A stretch of DNA of 64,000 bases, from positions 1,155 through 65,154 of the forward strand of contig JAHZLH010000065.1 in assembly GCA_022599915.1 (NCBI GenBank), given 5' to 3'. The number at the start of each line of letters is the position of its first letter. Positions within the stretch are counted from its first letter, which is position 1. Below, piece after piece: positions 1 to 8,800 of the stretch. This DNA comes from Actinomycetes bacterium (GTDB lineage Bacteria; Actinomycetota; Actinomycetes; S36-B12; GCA-2699445). Below the pieces are notes generated by a model that saw only the letters and a program-made list of their open reading frames with translations, was not told the origin of the DNA and made no database searches. A program made the position numbers and the translations under genes.

Positions 1-1
1 A

Positions 2-67
2 GCGCTCCACAAGCAGAAGAGCTACAACCTGCACTCGGTGGAGTCCTGCAAGAAGGCTGATGCCTAG
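2..67 (+). CDS. 3' end of a gene running off the left edge (product unknown)
   Basis: Frame 2 is open from the edge to TAG at 65-67 (...YNLHSVESCKKADA*). 19 of 21 codons end in G/C, the coding signature of this genome. Too short to name. Confidence 0.3.
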   Translation, partial: ALHKQKSYNLHSVESCKKADA

Positions 68-377
68 CGATTCGGAGCCAGAGCACCCACCTCAGTCGAT
101 GGGTGAATGTCTCTGTCTTCGGGGGTAGTTCCATTGACGGAGTGCACTGCACTTACATGCACACACAGTGGGTGTTACGGAAAGCAAGGACGAAAACGTC
201 CGAAGACACAGGAACCTAAATCCTGCCCGTCTGCCACTTCCGCCACACCCGCGACTAGTTGACGCTGGTTAGGTCGGGTGGTGGCAGTTCCATCCGCGGG
301 AAACCTTCTGGGCGATTCACTAGGGTGAGGTAAGCACTGGGGATCATGAAACTCCCCGGGCTGGCTTCCGATCCGCG

Positions 378-2132
378 ATGTCTGGAGTAGACATGGAACT
401 CACTCGCCGCGGTTTCTTGGCAGCATCCGCACTAACAGTTGGCACGACGGCGTTTTCGGCGTGCTCCAGTGAAGGCTCAACCCCCTCCGGCAGTTGGCCA
501 GATGAGGCGGCGTGGCAGAGCCTGCGTGACCAAGTGGGAGATCGGCTCATCCAGCCGACTTCGCCGTTGGCTGCCTGCCAAACCGATCCAGATAGCGGCG
601 AGTGCAAGAAAGAACTCAAGCAGGTGGAGAATCCGTTCTACCTGCAGACGGAGGCAGGAGCCACCCAAACGCAGGGGTGGTACGAGGCCTGGGACACCGT
701 GGTCAGCCCCTACGCCATCGCAGTGGCGAGCACCGACGATGTGGTCGCCGGGGTGAACTTCGCTCGGGACAACGGAGTGAAGTTGGTGATCAAGGGTGCT
801 GGTCACGACTATCTCGGCCGGAACCTTGCGCCCGATTCGCTGCTGCTCTGGACGCACAACATGGACGACATTACGGTCCATGACAAGTTCATACCTGAGG
901 GTTCTGCCGGTAAGGGCAGCAAAGCGATCAGCGTTGGTGCCGGCGCTCGTTGGCTGAATGTATACCACGCCGCAACCAAGGCTGGGCTGTATGTCCAAGG
1001 TGGGGGCTGCACCACCGTCGGCGCTTCTGGTGGCTTTATTCAGGGCTCGGGATTTGGCAGTTTCTCGCGACGGTTTGGCACTGGTGCCGGTGGGGTGTTG
1101 GAGTTCGAGGTGGTCACTGCTGATGGCAGCGTCCTCGTGGCCAACGCGGATCAGAACTCCGACTTGTTCTGGGCGCTGCGAGGAGGTGGTGGTAGCACCT
1201 TTGGCGTCGTCGCCCGGACCACATTGCTCGCTCATCCCATCCCGCAGACCATGGGTCTGATCCGAGGCACTGTTAGCACCAAGAGTGACACGGTGTTCCA
1301 GCAACTGTTGGTCCGGATCGTGAAGTTGATGGAGCGCATGGCGACCTCGGATTGGGGGGAGCAAATCAACATCCGCGAGGGCAACACCATCGACTTCGGT
1401 GTGGTGTTCGTGGATAAGGATGAGGAATGGGCTCGCGGTCAATGGCGGGTCCTCACCGACTGGACCGACGACAACAGCGACGTCGTCGACACGGATCTCG
1501 ACTTCCAGGTCTTCCCGTTTTCGGACCAATGGAATGCCGACTTCTGGGACAAGAATGATCCGGATTTCATCACGCACGACCCGACTCCCGGCTCACCCGA
1601 TTGGTACTACTGGTGGACCAGCAACGGCGCGGAAGTGTCGTGGTACCTAACCGGCTATCAATCGCGGTGGCTGCCAGCTGACATGCTGCAGCGACCGACC
1701 AAGTTGGCGCAGTTGTTCTTCGACGTCTCCCGCGACAGCGGTTTCAGTATTCAGATGAACAAGGGGTTATATGGCCAATCCGAAGAATCGCGGAAGCGAG
1801 ACAAGCAAACGTCGCTGCATCCTGGCGCGTTCGCCGCGGCAGCATTGATCATTATCGCGCGCGGCTCGCGGGGCACCTATCCGGAGATTCCCGGATCGGA
1901 CCCAGATGATTCGACCTTTGCCGCGCAACGTGATCAAGTCAACGGCGCCATGGGCAAGTTCCGGGAAGCGATGCCTGGTGCTGGTTCCTATGCCAACGAA
2001 GCTGACTTCTTTGAAACCGATTGGCAAAACGAGTTTTGGGGGAGCAACTACCAGCGGTTACTCGACATCAAGCAGCAGTATGACCCAGACAATTTCTTCC
2101 AGGTGCATCACGGCGTCGGTAGCGAAGTCTGA
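378..2132 (+). CDS. Secreted FAD-linked oxidase (PCMH / berberine-bridge-enzyme-like family) with Tat-lipoprotein signal
   Basis: 584-aa ORF. The N-terminus ...MELTRRGFLAASALTVGTTAFSAC has a twin-arginine motif followed by a lipobox Cys. FAD-binding region motifs VIKGAGHDYLGR and QGGGCTTVG are present. The C-terminal tail YDPDNFFQVHHGVG is BBE-like. Start could be 378 or 393. Confidence 0.85.
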   Translation: MSGVDMELTRRGFLAASALTVGTTAFSACSSEGSTPSGSWPDEAAWQSLRDQVGDRLIQPTSPLAACQTDPDSGECKKELKQVENPFYLQTEAGATQTQGWYEAWDTVVSPYAIAVASTDDVVAGVNFARDNGVKLVIKGAGHDYLGRNLAPDSLLLWTHNMDDITVHDKFIPEGSAGKGSKAISVGAGARWLNVYHAATKAGLYVQGGGCTTVGASGGFIQGSGFGSFSRRFGTGAGGVLEFEVVTADGSVLVANADQNSDLFWALRGGGGSTFGVVARTTLLAHPIPQTMGLIRGTVSTKSDTVFQQLLVRIVKLMERMATSDWGEQINIREGNTIDFGVVFVDKDEEWARGQWRVLTDWTDDNSDVVDTDLDFQVFPFSDQWNADFWDKNDPDFITHDPTPGSPDWYYWWTSNGAEVSWYLTGYQSRWLPADMLQRPTKLAQLFFDVSRDSGFSIQMNKGLYGQSEESRKRDKQTSLHPGAFAAAALIIIARGSRGTYPEIPGSDPDDSTFAAQRDQVNGAMGKFREAMPGAGSYANEADFFETDWQNEFWGSNYQRLLDIKQQYDPDNFFQVHHGVGSEV

Positions 2133-2182
2133 CCGGAACCCGAGGAGGCGCCGACCGAACGGCGCTTGCCGGTGCCGCGCTG

Positions 2183-2650
2183 CTAGAGATCGAGATCGCG
2201 GCGCAGTTTCGCCACATGTCCCTTGGCTCGCACGTTGTAGAAGGCGTGTTCGATAGTGCCATCGGCGGAGATGACGAACGTGGATCGAATCACGCCAACA
2301 ACGGTCTTGCCGTACATCTTCTTCTCGCCGAAAGCGCCGTAGGCAGCCAGTACTTCCTTGTCTGGATCGGACAGCAGCGGAAAAGTCAGGCTTTCCTTAT
2401 CGCGGAATTTCGCCAGTTTCTCCGGAGTGTCCGGGGACAGTCCAACCACGGAGATGCCCGCGGCCTGCAGTGAATCCAGCGAGTCACGAAAGTCGCAGGC
2501 TTGATTGGTGCATCCGGGAGTCATTGCCGCTGGGTAGACGTACAGGATCACAGTGCGGCCCGCGAAGTCCGACAGCGACACCTGGTTGCCAGCATCATCG
2601 GTGAGGGTGAAAGTGGGGGCAGCGTCGCCGGGGCTAAGTCGTTCGCTCAT
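2183..2650 (-). CDS. bcp: Thiol peroxidase Bcp (peroxiredoxin, AhpC/TSA family)
   Basis: 155 aa with the peroxidatic/resolving Cys motif PGCTNQACDFRD. Length and layout are typical of Bcp/PrxQ. Confidence 0.9.
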   Translation of the reverse strand: MSERLSPGDAAPTFTLTDDAGNQVSLSDFAGRTVILYVYPAAMTPGCTNQACDFRDSLDSLQAAGISVVGLSPDTPEKLAKFRDKESLTFPLLSDPDKEVLAAYGAFGEKKMYGKTVVGVIRSTFVISADGTIEHAFYNVRAKGHVAKLRRDLDL

Positions 2651-2800
2651 GGTTGCCTCCTGGTCGGGGGGGTGTCGGGCCGGGCGGTCTCGCGTTGCCC
2701 GGTTGGAGAGTATCTGGGCAGTCCTGCTGTGATTTGTTCGGGGCGGTCGCGTGAGTTGGGCCGCCGCAACGCTTCATCGGCACTGGCTCAGTGCGGTAAG

Positions 2801-2823
2801 TTATTGCAAGGAGTTTGCAATAA
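2801..2823. promoter_or_regulatory. Candidate Nur (nickel-responsive Fur-family) operator upstream of the ECF metal importer
   Basis: Perfect 9-bp inverted repeat TTATTGCAA-ggagt-TTGCAATAA. Its core TTGCAA-N5-TTGCAA (2804-2820) equals the published Streptomyces Nur-box consensus tTGCaa-N5-ttGCAA. It is an AT-rich island in GC-rich DNA, 55-75 nt upstream of the cbiM ATG at 2878. Confidence 0.55.
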
Positions 2824-2877
2824 GCGCTTAATGGTTAACGGGCCAACGGCCTCGTTGCTGGATCGTGAGGAGGCGGC

Positions 2878-3567
2878 ATGCACGTGCCGGATGGCTTCAT
2901 CGATGCGCCGGTGTCGCTTGCCGCCGGCGTGGTGGCCGCGGCGGGAGTGGGAGTGTGTTTGCGCGGGGCTCGTCGCAGTCTCGACGAAGCCACCGCTCCA
3001 CTCGCTGGTCTCGTGGCAGTTTTCGTTTTTGCCGCTCAAATGATCAACTTCCCAGTTGGTGCCGGCACCAGCGGTCACCTGATGGGTGCAGCACTGGCTG
3101 CGATCCTGATTGGTCCCTACGCCGGGGTGCTGGCAATCACGGTGGTGCTGCTGGTGCAAGCATTACTGTTCGCCGATGGCGGCCTGACGGCCATCGGGCT
3201 GAACGTGGTGAATCTGGCGATCATTCCGGTCCTGCTGGCCTGGGTGGTCTTCCGGCTCTGGACTCGGGTGCTAGGTCAAGGCCGGCCAAGTATCGCCGGA
3301 GCAGCCTGGTTTGCCGGCATGCTGTCGGTGCTGGGGGCTGCTGCTGGTTTTGCCGTGGAGTTTGCCTTGGGTGGCACCGCACCGGTCGATCCGACCACGG
3401 TGGCGACGGCGATGCTCGGAGTTCACACCGTCCTCGGGGCGATCGAAGGTGTGGTCACAGCGCTCGTGGTGCTGGCCGTTGTTGGAGTTCGCCCCGATCT
3501 GGTAGCCGGGTTGCGGCGGAGCGGCTCCGGGACAGCACCCGCCCTACCGGAGCGAGTTGAAGCATGA
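2878..3567 (+). CDS. cbiM: ECF transporter substrate-capture component CbiM/NikM (Co/Ni uptake)
   Basis: 229 aa beginning MHVPDGF (the metal-ligating N-terminus of CbiM/NikM). Polytopic membrane protein. RBS GAGGAGG lies just upstream. Confidence 0.9.
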   Translation: MHVPDGFIDAPVSLAAGVVAAAGVGVCLRGARRSLDEATAPLAGLVAVFVFAAQMINFPVGAGTSGHLMGAALAAILIGPYAGVLAITVVLLVQALLFADGGLTAIGLNVVNLAIIPVLLAWVVFRLWTRVLGQGRPSIAGAAWFAGMLSVLGAAAGFAVEFALGGTAPVDPTTVATAMLGVHTVLGAIEGVVTALVVLAVVGVRPDLVAGLRRSGSGTAPALPERVEA

Positions 3568-3932
3568 CTCGCGCGTTCAGCACGGATATGTCGGCACCCA
3601 TGCGCCGGGCGGTGGCCCTGGTGCTCATCGTGGGCATGGGGGTGTCAGTACTGCTCGCCGCAGGTGTGTCCATGTACGCCAGTGACGAACCGGACGGGCT
3701 GGAACGGGTGGCATCCGATACCGGGATTGTGGAAACCGAGCAGGACTCCGCCACGGCTGATTCGCCGTTCGCCGACTACGGTGTCTCCGGATTGCAGGAT
3801 CAGCAGTGGACGGTGGGGCTAGCCGGGGTGGTGGGAGTCTTGGTCACCTGCGGTATCGCATTCTTACTATTTCGGGCGTTAGCGCGCGGCAGCGGCGAAC
3901 CCGATCAAGCTGACGGCAACCCTGATGGGTGA
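3564..3932 (+). CDS. Small membrane protein with PDGLE domain (CbiN/NikN-like partner of CbiM)
   Basis: 122 aa with N- and C-terminal TM helices and the literal PDGLE motif (ASDEPDGLERV). ATGA overlap with the cbiM stop. Confidence 0.7.
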   Translation: MTRAFSTDMSAPMRRAVALVLIVGMGVSVLLAAGVSMYASDEPDGLERVASDTGIVETEQDSATADSPFADYGVSGLQDQQWTVGLAGVVGVLVTCGIAFLLFRALARGSGEPDQADGNPDG

Positions 3933-4716
3933 CCATTCGCGTGGTCACGATCTGGGGGAGCGGCTCTATCTTCCTGGTGACACTGTGCTTCATCGGCTAC
4001 CCGCCCACGTGAAAATCCTGTCGCTGCTGCTGACCATGCTGGTCGTGGTGGCCACGCCTGGGGAGCGCTACGGGGCTTTCGTTGGTTATGCCTTACTGGT
4101 CGCGGGGGTGGTCGTGGTCGCCCGGATTCCGTTGCGGACGCTGGGTACTCGGATGACGGTAGAGATCCCGTTCGTCGTTTTCGCCCTACTGATGCCCGTC
4201 ATTGGCTCCGATCCGCGGGTCGTGGTCGGCCCGGTGAGTCTGTCCGAGCCGGGGCTATTGGCGGCATGGACGCTGCTAGCAAAGGCCACACTCGGAGTGG
4301 TGTGTGCCATTGTGTTGGCTGCCACGACCAGCACTACCGACCTCATCGCTGGCTTGCGTCGACTCCGATTGCCTGACCTGCTGGTGCAGATAGTTGCCAG
4401 CATGATCCGCTACATCCATGTGGTGTCGGCAGAGTTCTCCCGAATGTCTCGAGCCCGAGTGGCGCGTGGCTTCTCGGGTCGTGGTCCGAAGTCATGGCCA
4501 ATCCTTGCCCGCAGCCTAGGGACGCTGTTCATCCGCTCCTACGAGCGAGGTGAGCGAGTGCATCTGGCCATGTTGGCTCGCGGCTACTCCGGGCAGATGC
4601 CGCAACTGCAGCCGCAGACAGCAGCGACAACCGCTCAGTATGCGATCGGTGCCATGCTGCCGATCGCTGCCGCAGCGCTGCTGGGGTCCAGCCTCTGGCT
4701 GGCGGTGATGTCGTGA
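3925..4716 (+). CDS. cbiQ: ECF transporter transmembrane (T) component CbiQ
   Basis: 263 aa, multi-TM. Positioned between CbiN-like and CbiO, overlapping both neighbours. The ARG-containing cytoplasmic loop (MSRARVARGF) is typical of EcfT/CbiQ. Confidence 0.85.
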   Translation: MGDHSRGHDLGERLYLPGDTVLHRLPAHVKILSLLLTMLVVVATPGERYGAFVGYALLVAGVVVVARIPLRTLGTRMTVEIPFVVFALLMPVIGSDPRVVVGPVSLSEPGLLAAWTLLAKATLGVVCAIVLAATTSTTDLIAGLRRLRLPDLLVQIVASMIRYIHVVSAEFSRMSRARVARGFSGRGPKSWPILARSLGTLFIRSYERGERVHLAMLARGYSGQMPQLQPQTAATTAQYAIGAMLPIAAAALLGSSLWLAVMS

Positions 4717-5456
4717 GTAGCGCCCTGCAGATCAACGATCTGCACTTCGATTACCCCGACGGCACCTCGGCACTGCGCGGAGTTGATTTGGTGGTGCAGC
4801 CAGGTGAGCGGGTGGCAGTGCTGGGGCCTAATGGAGCTGGCAAGACCACACTGATGCTGCACAGTAACGGTTTGCTGCGCGCCCGGTCGGGCTCAATTCG
4901 GGTCGCGGGGCAACTGCTGGCCGACGAGTCGTTGGCGCAGATTCGCCAGCAAGTGGGGATGGTCTTTCAAGACCCCGACGATCAACTCTTCATGCCTACC
5001 GTCGCCGATGATGTGGCTTTCGGTCCCGCCAATGCCGGGCTATCGCAGGCAGAAATCACCACCCGAGTGGAAAAGGCGCTGACCGAGGTGGGCATGTGGG
5101 CGCAACGAGATCGCCCGCCACACCATCTGTCATTGGGGCAGCGGCGGCGAGTCGCGGTGGCTACCGTGTTGGCCATGGACCCGGAGTTACTGGTCCTTGA
5201 TGAACCCAGTTCCAACATGGATCCCACTTCGCGGCGGGAACTTGCTGACATCCTGCTCAGTTCAGGTCGGACGTTGGCGATGGTCACCCACGATCTGCCC
5301 TATGCGGCGCAGATCTGCCCGCGGGCAGTCATCTTGAATGAGGGTCGGATCAAGGCTGACGGTCCGACGCTGCAACTTCTGGCTGATGAGCAGTTATTGC
5401 GAGAGAACCGACTGGAACTGCCATACGGGTTCGACCCGGCTGCGCTGACCGCGTAG
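4713..5456 (+). CDS. cbiO: ECF transporter ATPase CbiO
   Basis: 247 aa ABC ATPase with Walker A GPNGAGKTT, signature LSLGQRRR, Walker B LLVLDEP and H-loop VTHD. Confidence 0.9.
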   Translation: MSSALQINDLHFDYPDGTSALRGVDLVVQPGERVAVLGPNGAGKTTLMLHSNGLLRARSGSIRVAGQLLADESLAQIRQQVGMVFQDPDDQLFMPTVADDVAFGPANAGLSQAEITTRVEKALTEVGMWAQRDRPPHHLSLGQRRRVAVATVLAMDPELLVLDEPSSNMDPTSRRELADILLSSGRTLAMVTHDLPYAAQICPRAVILNEGRIKADGPTLQLLADEQLLRENRLELPYGFDPAALTA

Positions 5457-5488
5457 GCTTCGCTACGACCCGCGAACTGGAGGATCGA

Positions 5489-5896
5489 GTGCCCGAGAAG
5501 ACCACAGAAAAGCCGGAGCGCCGCTCTGTTGAAGACATCCAGGCTGACCTCGAAGAGACTAGGCAGCGACTGGCGGTGAATATCGCTCAACTCAAAGAGG
5601 AGATTAAGCCGGAAGCGCTGAAGGCCAAAGCCAAGGCTGCGGTGATGTCGGTGGCTGTAGATCCGCAGACTGGTCAGGTTCGGGTTGAGCGGGTAGCTAT
5701 GGTGGCTGGTGTGGTCGTGGGTTTGATCGTGATCACCCAAGGACTGCGGTCCCGGGCGCACAAACGCCACATGCGACGCCTCGGTGAAGTGGTCTGGGTG
5801 CCGGTGCCGCGTGGCAGCGTGCGACCGGAGTTGATTCCGATGTCTCGTGACGCAGCCGAGTTGGCGCCATCGCCAGCCGCGATTACAGCGGGCTGA
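5489..5896 (+). CDS. DUF3618-like membrane-anchored protein
   Basis: 135 aa. N-terminal helical segment SVEDIQADLEETRQRLAVNIAQLKEEIKP resembles DUF3618. One central TM helix. Function unknown. Confidence 0.5.
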   Translation: MPEKTTEKPERRSVEDIQADLEETRQRLAVNIAQLKEEIKPEALKAKAKAAVMSVAVDPQTGQVRVERVAMVAGVVVGLIVITQGLRSRAHKRHMRRLGEVVWVPVPRGSVRPELIPMSRDAAELAPSPAAITAG

Positions 5897-6225
5897 TGGC
5901 GCCGGAACATAGCGGCGACCCGATCAAGTTGCTGCACGACCGCGTGCTCGTGCGTGGTGTCGGTCCTGATGGCGAACGCACATCCACTGGCGGCATCTTG
6001 ATCCCCGCAACGGCCACCGTGGGCAGGCGCCTTATGTGGGCTGAAGTAGTGGGGACGGGACCAAACGTCCGGACGGTGGAACTCGGCGACCGGGTGCTCT
6101 TCGAACCGGAGGACCGGGCGAATGTGGAAATCCAGGGTGAGGAATACATTCTTATGCGGGAACGCGATGTTCACGCTGTAGCCAGTGAGCGCCATAGCGA
6201 TTCCGACACCGGCCTCTACCTCTAG
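5896..6225 (+). CDS. GroES/Cpn10-family co-chaperonin paralogue
   Basis: 109 aa. The LHDRVLVR...GGILIPATA...GDRVLF...EYILMRERDVHAV pattern matches the Cpn10 fold. Its ATG shares 1 nt with the preceding TGA (TGATG). Confidence 0.7.
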   Translation: MAPEHSGDPIKLLHDRVLVRGVGPDGERTSTGGILIPATATVGRRLMWAEVVGTGPNVRTVELGDRVLFEPEDRANVEIQGEEYILMRERDVHAVASERHSDSDTGLYL

Positions 6226-6345
6226 CCTGCTGCCCTTACCTGCGGCCACGATCGAAATCTGCAGTGGTAGCCAGACCTTTCGGGATCGCCAGAATCGCGC
6301 AGCTATCTTCCCAAATCGGGCCGCGGCAACGGGCAGAATGGCGGG

Positions 6346-8322
6346 ATGACCACTCAGGGCGAACTACTGTGGCAGCCAAGTCCGGAATCCGTCCGCGAGA
6401 GCGCCCTGACGAGTTTTCGGGTGCAGTACGCACCGCATTGTTCTGACTCGAACACGCTGCAGCAGTGGTCAGTGGCCCAGCCAGCAGACTTTTGGCAGGC
6501 GGTCTGGGAATTCACTGGGGTCGTTGGTGAGCGAGGCGGCGGTTCGGCAGTCGAGAGTGACCCAAATGCGGGTATCCGCGGCACCCGCTTCTTCCCCGAG
6601 GCCTCGATCAATTACGCCGAGAATCTGTTGGCTGGTGGTGACAAGCCGGGAGCGGCGCCCGTTGCGGTGATCGCACGGGACGAGGCGGGTCATCGCCAAG
6701 AGCTCACCTGGCAGCAATTGCGACAGCAGGTGGCTTCGTGTCAACAGTGGTTGCAGGCGCAAGGGGTCGGCCCAGGAGATTGCGTAGCGGCTTGGGTGCC
6801 CAACAACTCGCAGGCATTGGTGGCGATGTTGGCTGCCAATGGGCTGGGGGCGGTGTTTACCAGTACGAGTCCCGACTTCGGTGCCACCGGGGCGCTAGAT
6901 CGTTTCGCCCAGGTAAGGCCCAAGGTGCTGATCGCAGCGACTGGCTACTACTACGGCGGCAAACGGCACGACCGGCGGTCTGTGCTGGCGGAAATCGCCG
7001 CGGGCTTGCCCAGTGCGGTTGCGGTGGCGGTCGCCCAAGAGCTCGCAGAGCCGATGCCAGCGGACCTAGCCGTTGTTCCAGTCGCCGACTGGAACAACGT
7101 CATCAGTCAACCGGTAGGTGAGCCGCAGTTCCTGCGGCAGCCGATCGATACGTCGGGCTTCGTGCTGTATTCCTCCGGAACCACCGGAAAGCCGAAGTGC
7201 ATTGTTCACAGCGCTGCGGGGGTGTTGCTGAAGCAGTTGAGCGAACACCAACTGCACTGCGACATTTCACCCGGAGATCGAGTTTTCTACTACACCACCT
7301 GTGGCTGGATGATGTGGAACTGGTTGGTGACGGCACTCGCATCGGGAGCCACCATCGTGCTCTTTGACGGTTCGCCGGTGCATCCCGATTCGGGCGCGCT
7401 GTGGCGGATGGCGGCCGAGGAACAGGTGACGTTGTTTGGCACCAGTGCCAAGTTCATCGATGGCTGCGCCAAGGCTGGTATCGAGCCGGGGGACGATCAC
7501 AAACTCACCGCATTGCGCACCATTACCTCCACCGGATCGCCGCTGTCAGCTGAGGGGTTTGCCTACGTCTATCGCAGTATCAAGTCCGATGTGCACCTAG
7601 CCTCGATCAGCGGTGGGACCGACCTGTGCGGTTGTTTCGTGATTGGGAATCCGACGGTTCCGGTGCACGCCGGTGAGATTCAGGGTCCGGCATTGGGGTG
7701 TGCAGTGGATGTCTGGAGCGAAGCTGGCGAGTCACTACGGCATGACTCGGGGGTTCGGGGCGAGTTGATCTGTGCCTCTGCCTTCCCGTCAATGCCGTTG
7801 GCGTTCGCGGGCGACCCAGACGGCCGTAAGTACTCCGCTGCCTACTTCGAGCGATTCCCCGGACTGTGGGCTCACGGCGATTTCGCCTCATGGACACAAC
7901 ACGGCGGGCTAGTGATCCACGGGCGCTCCGATGCCACGCTGAACGCAGGTGGTGTGCGGATTGGCACGGCGGAAATCTATCGCCAAGTCGAACAGTTCCC
8001 GGAGGTGGTCGAGTCCTTGGCGATTGGGCAGGAATGGGACGACGACACCAGAATTGTGCTCTTTGTGCGGCTGGCGGCGGATGCGGAACTTGATGAGACG
8101 TTGGCTCGCAATATTCGCAGCCGACTACGAGTGGAATGTTCGCCGCGACATGTGCCAGCTCGAATTGTTGCGGTGACGGACCTACCGCGCACTCGGTCGG
8201 GGAAGTTAGCCGAACTAGCGGTTGCTGACGCAGTGCACGGCCGGGAAGTTCGCAATACCGGAGCCCTGGCAAACCCGGAATCGCTAGCGCTCTTCACGGA
8301 CCTGATAGACCTGCGCAGTTAG
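6346..8322 (+). CDS. Acetoacetyl-CoA synthetase (acetoacetate-CoA ligase)
   Basis: 658 aa AMP-forming ligase with YSSGTTGKPK and a C-terminal TRSGK. The N-terminal LWQPS...FR and long N-domain are typical of acetoacetate-CoA ligases rather than Acs. Confidence 0.85.
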   Translation: MTTQGELLWQPSPESVRESALTSFRVQYAPHCSDSNTLQQWSVAQPADFWQAVWEFTGVVGERGGGSAVESDPNAGIRGTRFFPEASINYAENLLAGGDKPGAAPVAVIARDEAGHRQELTWQQLRQQVASCQQWLQAQGVGPGDCVAAWVPNNSQALVAMLAANGLGAVFTSTSPDFGATGALDRFAQVRPKVLIAATGYYYGGKRHDRRSVLAEIAAGLPSAVAVAVAQELAEPMPADLAVVPVADWNNVISQPVGEPQFLRQPIDTSGFVLYSSGTTGKPKCIVHSAAGVLLKQLSEHQLHCDISPGDRVFYYTTCGWMMWNWLVTALASGATIVLFDGSPVHPDSGALWRMAAEEQVTLFGTSAKFIDGCAKAGIEPGDDHKLTALRTITSTGSPLSAEGFAYVYRSIKSDVHLASISGGTDLCGCFVIGNPTVPVHAGEIQGPALGCAVDVWSEAGESLRHDSGVRGELICASAFPSMPLAFAGDPDGRKYSAAYFERFPGLWAHGDFASWTQHGGLVIHGRSDATLNAGGVRIGTAEIYRQVEQFPEVVESLAIGQEWDDDTRIVLFVRLAADAELDETLARNIRSRLRVECSPRHVPARIVAVTDLPRTRSGKLAELAVADAVHGREVRNTGALANPESLALFTDLIDLRS

Positions 8323-8572
8323 CGCAACTGCGCCTGATTGAGATTCCTTCCGCTCGAAGAGGCCAGTCAGGTCGACAGTCGCTGGTGGGAGGAAATGGTA
8401 TGGCCGCCGCATGGCTGCTGACTTGCGACTGGCGTAGTGGGAGTCCTCGACACCGGGTATCCCTGGTGGCGCTGAACGGTGCTCTAGACATCAACGTTTG
8501 GGTCTAGTGCTGTCTCGTGGTGGACAGTCGTAGGAGGCCAGCGGCACAGTTCGCGGCATGGTGGATGCTGCT

Positions 8573-8647
8573 GGGGGTCGGGGTTCAGAGGTCGGGGGTG
8601 TGGTGGGTGTCACAGATGTGGGGGTTTGGGGGTGGCGTGGTGTGGGG
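8573..8647 (+). repeat. G-tract cluster (candidate G-quadruplex) in a C-poor GT-rich leader
   Basis: Six runs of G4-G5 (8573-77, 8580-83, 8594-98, 8620-24, 8628-32, 8644-47) plus a GGG at 8605-07, all within 75 nt. They are on the sense strand, ~150 nt upstream of the 8801 gene. Confidence 0.5.
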
Positions 8648-8800
8648 TATCAGGTTGGTGTTGCTGGAAAAGGTCCAGCGGCCGGGAGGACGGTCCTCTT
8701 GTACGTCTACGTAGGCGTTGGTGATCATACGAGCCGGGCATTGGTTGGTGTGGTGGTCAGTTCATCTGCGTGGGCTTGTGTGATGTGAAGGAGCATCATC

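Noticed and set aside
68-377. 310-bp lower-GC intergenic region at the left edge as a possible sRNA or riboswitch.
   Set aside because: I recognised no conserved structure, terminator or known motif. It probably holds just the promoter and leader of the oxidase gene. It would need Rfam or RNA-seq to say more.
477-1577. 366-aa ORF antisense to the FAD oxidase. Similar long antisense or out-of-frame ORFs occur throughout: 5300-5770, 5674-6249, 7607-8272, 8825-9700, 9764-10558, 26557-27273, 29117-29935, 30685-31539, 32099-32911, 35692-36411, 36948-37598, 41478-42308, 45885-46400, 48258-48836, 56411-57055, 57228-57884 and 60683-61402.
   Set aside because: These are typical high-GC shadow frames. 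They are Arg/Pro/Gly/Ala-rich with no motifs, and each fully overlaps a gene with clear family signatures on the other strand or frame.
2651-2877. Possible cobalamin or NiCo riboswitch in the cbiM leader.
   Set aside because: I could not find a B12-box-like element or the paired conserved helices expected. The only conspicuous element is the DNA palindrome interpreted as a Nur-box. A covariance-model (Rfam) scan would settle it.
8517-8788. Two overlapping ORFs (65 and 76 aa) in the G-rich tract as possible small secreted or Gly-Trp-rich peptides.
   Set aside because: There is no RBS or signal sequence, and the composition merely mirrors the G/T-rich DNA. They are better explained as a non-coding leader (see the G-tract finding).
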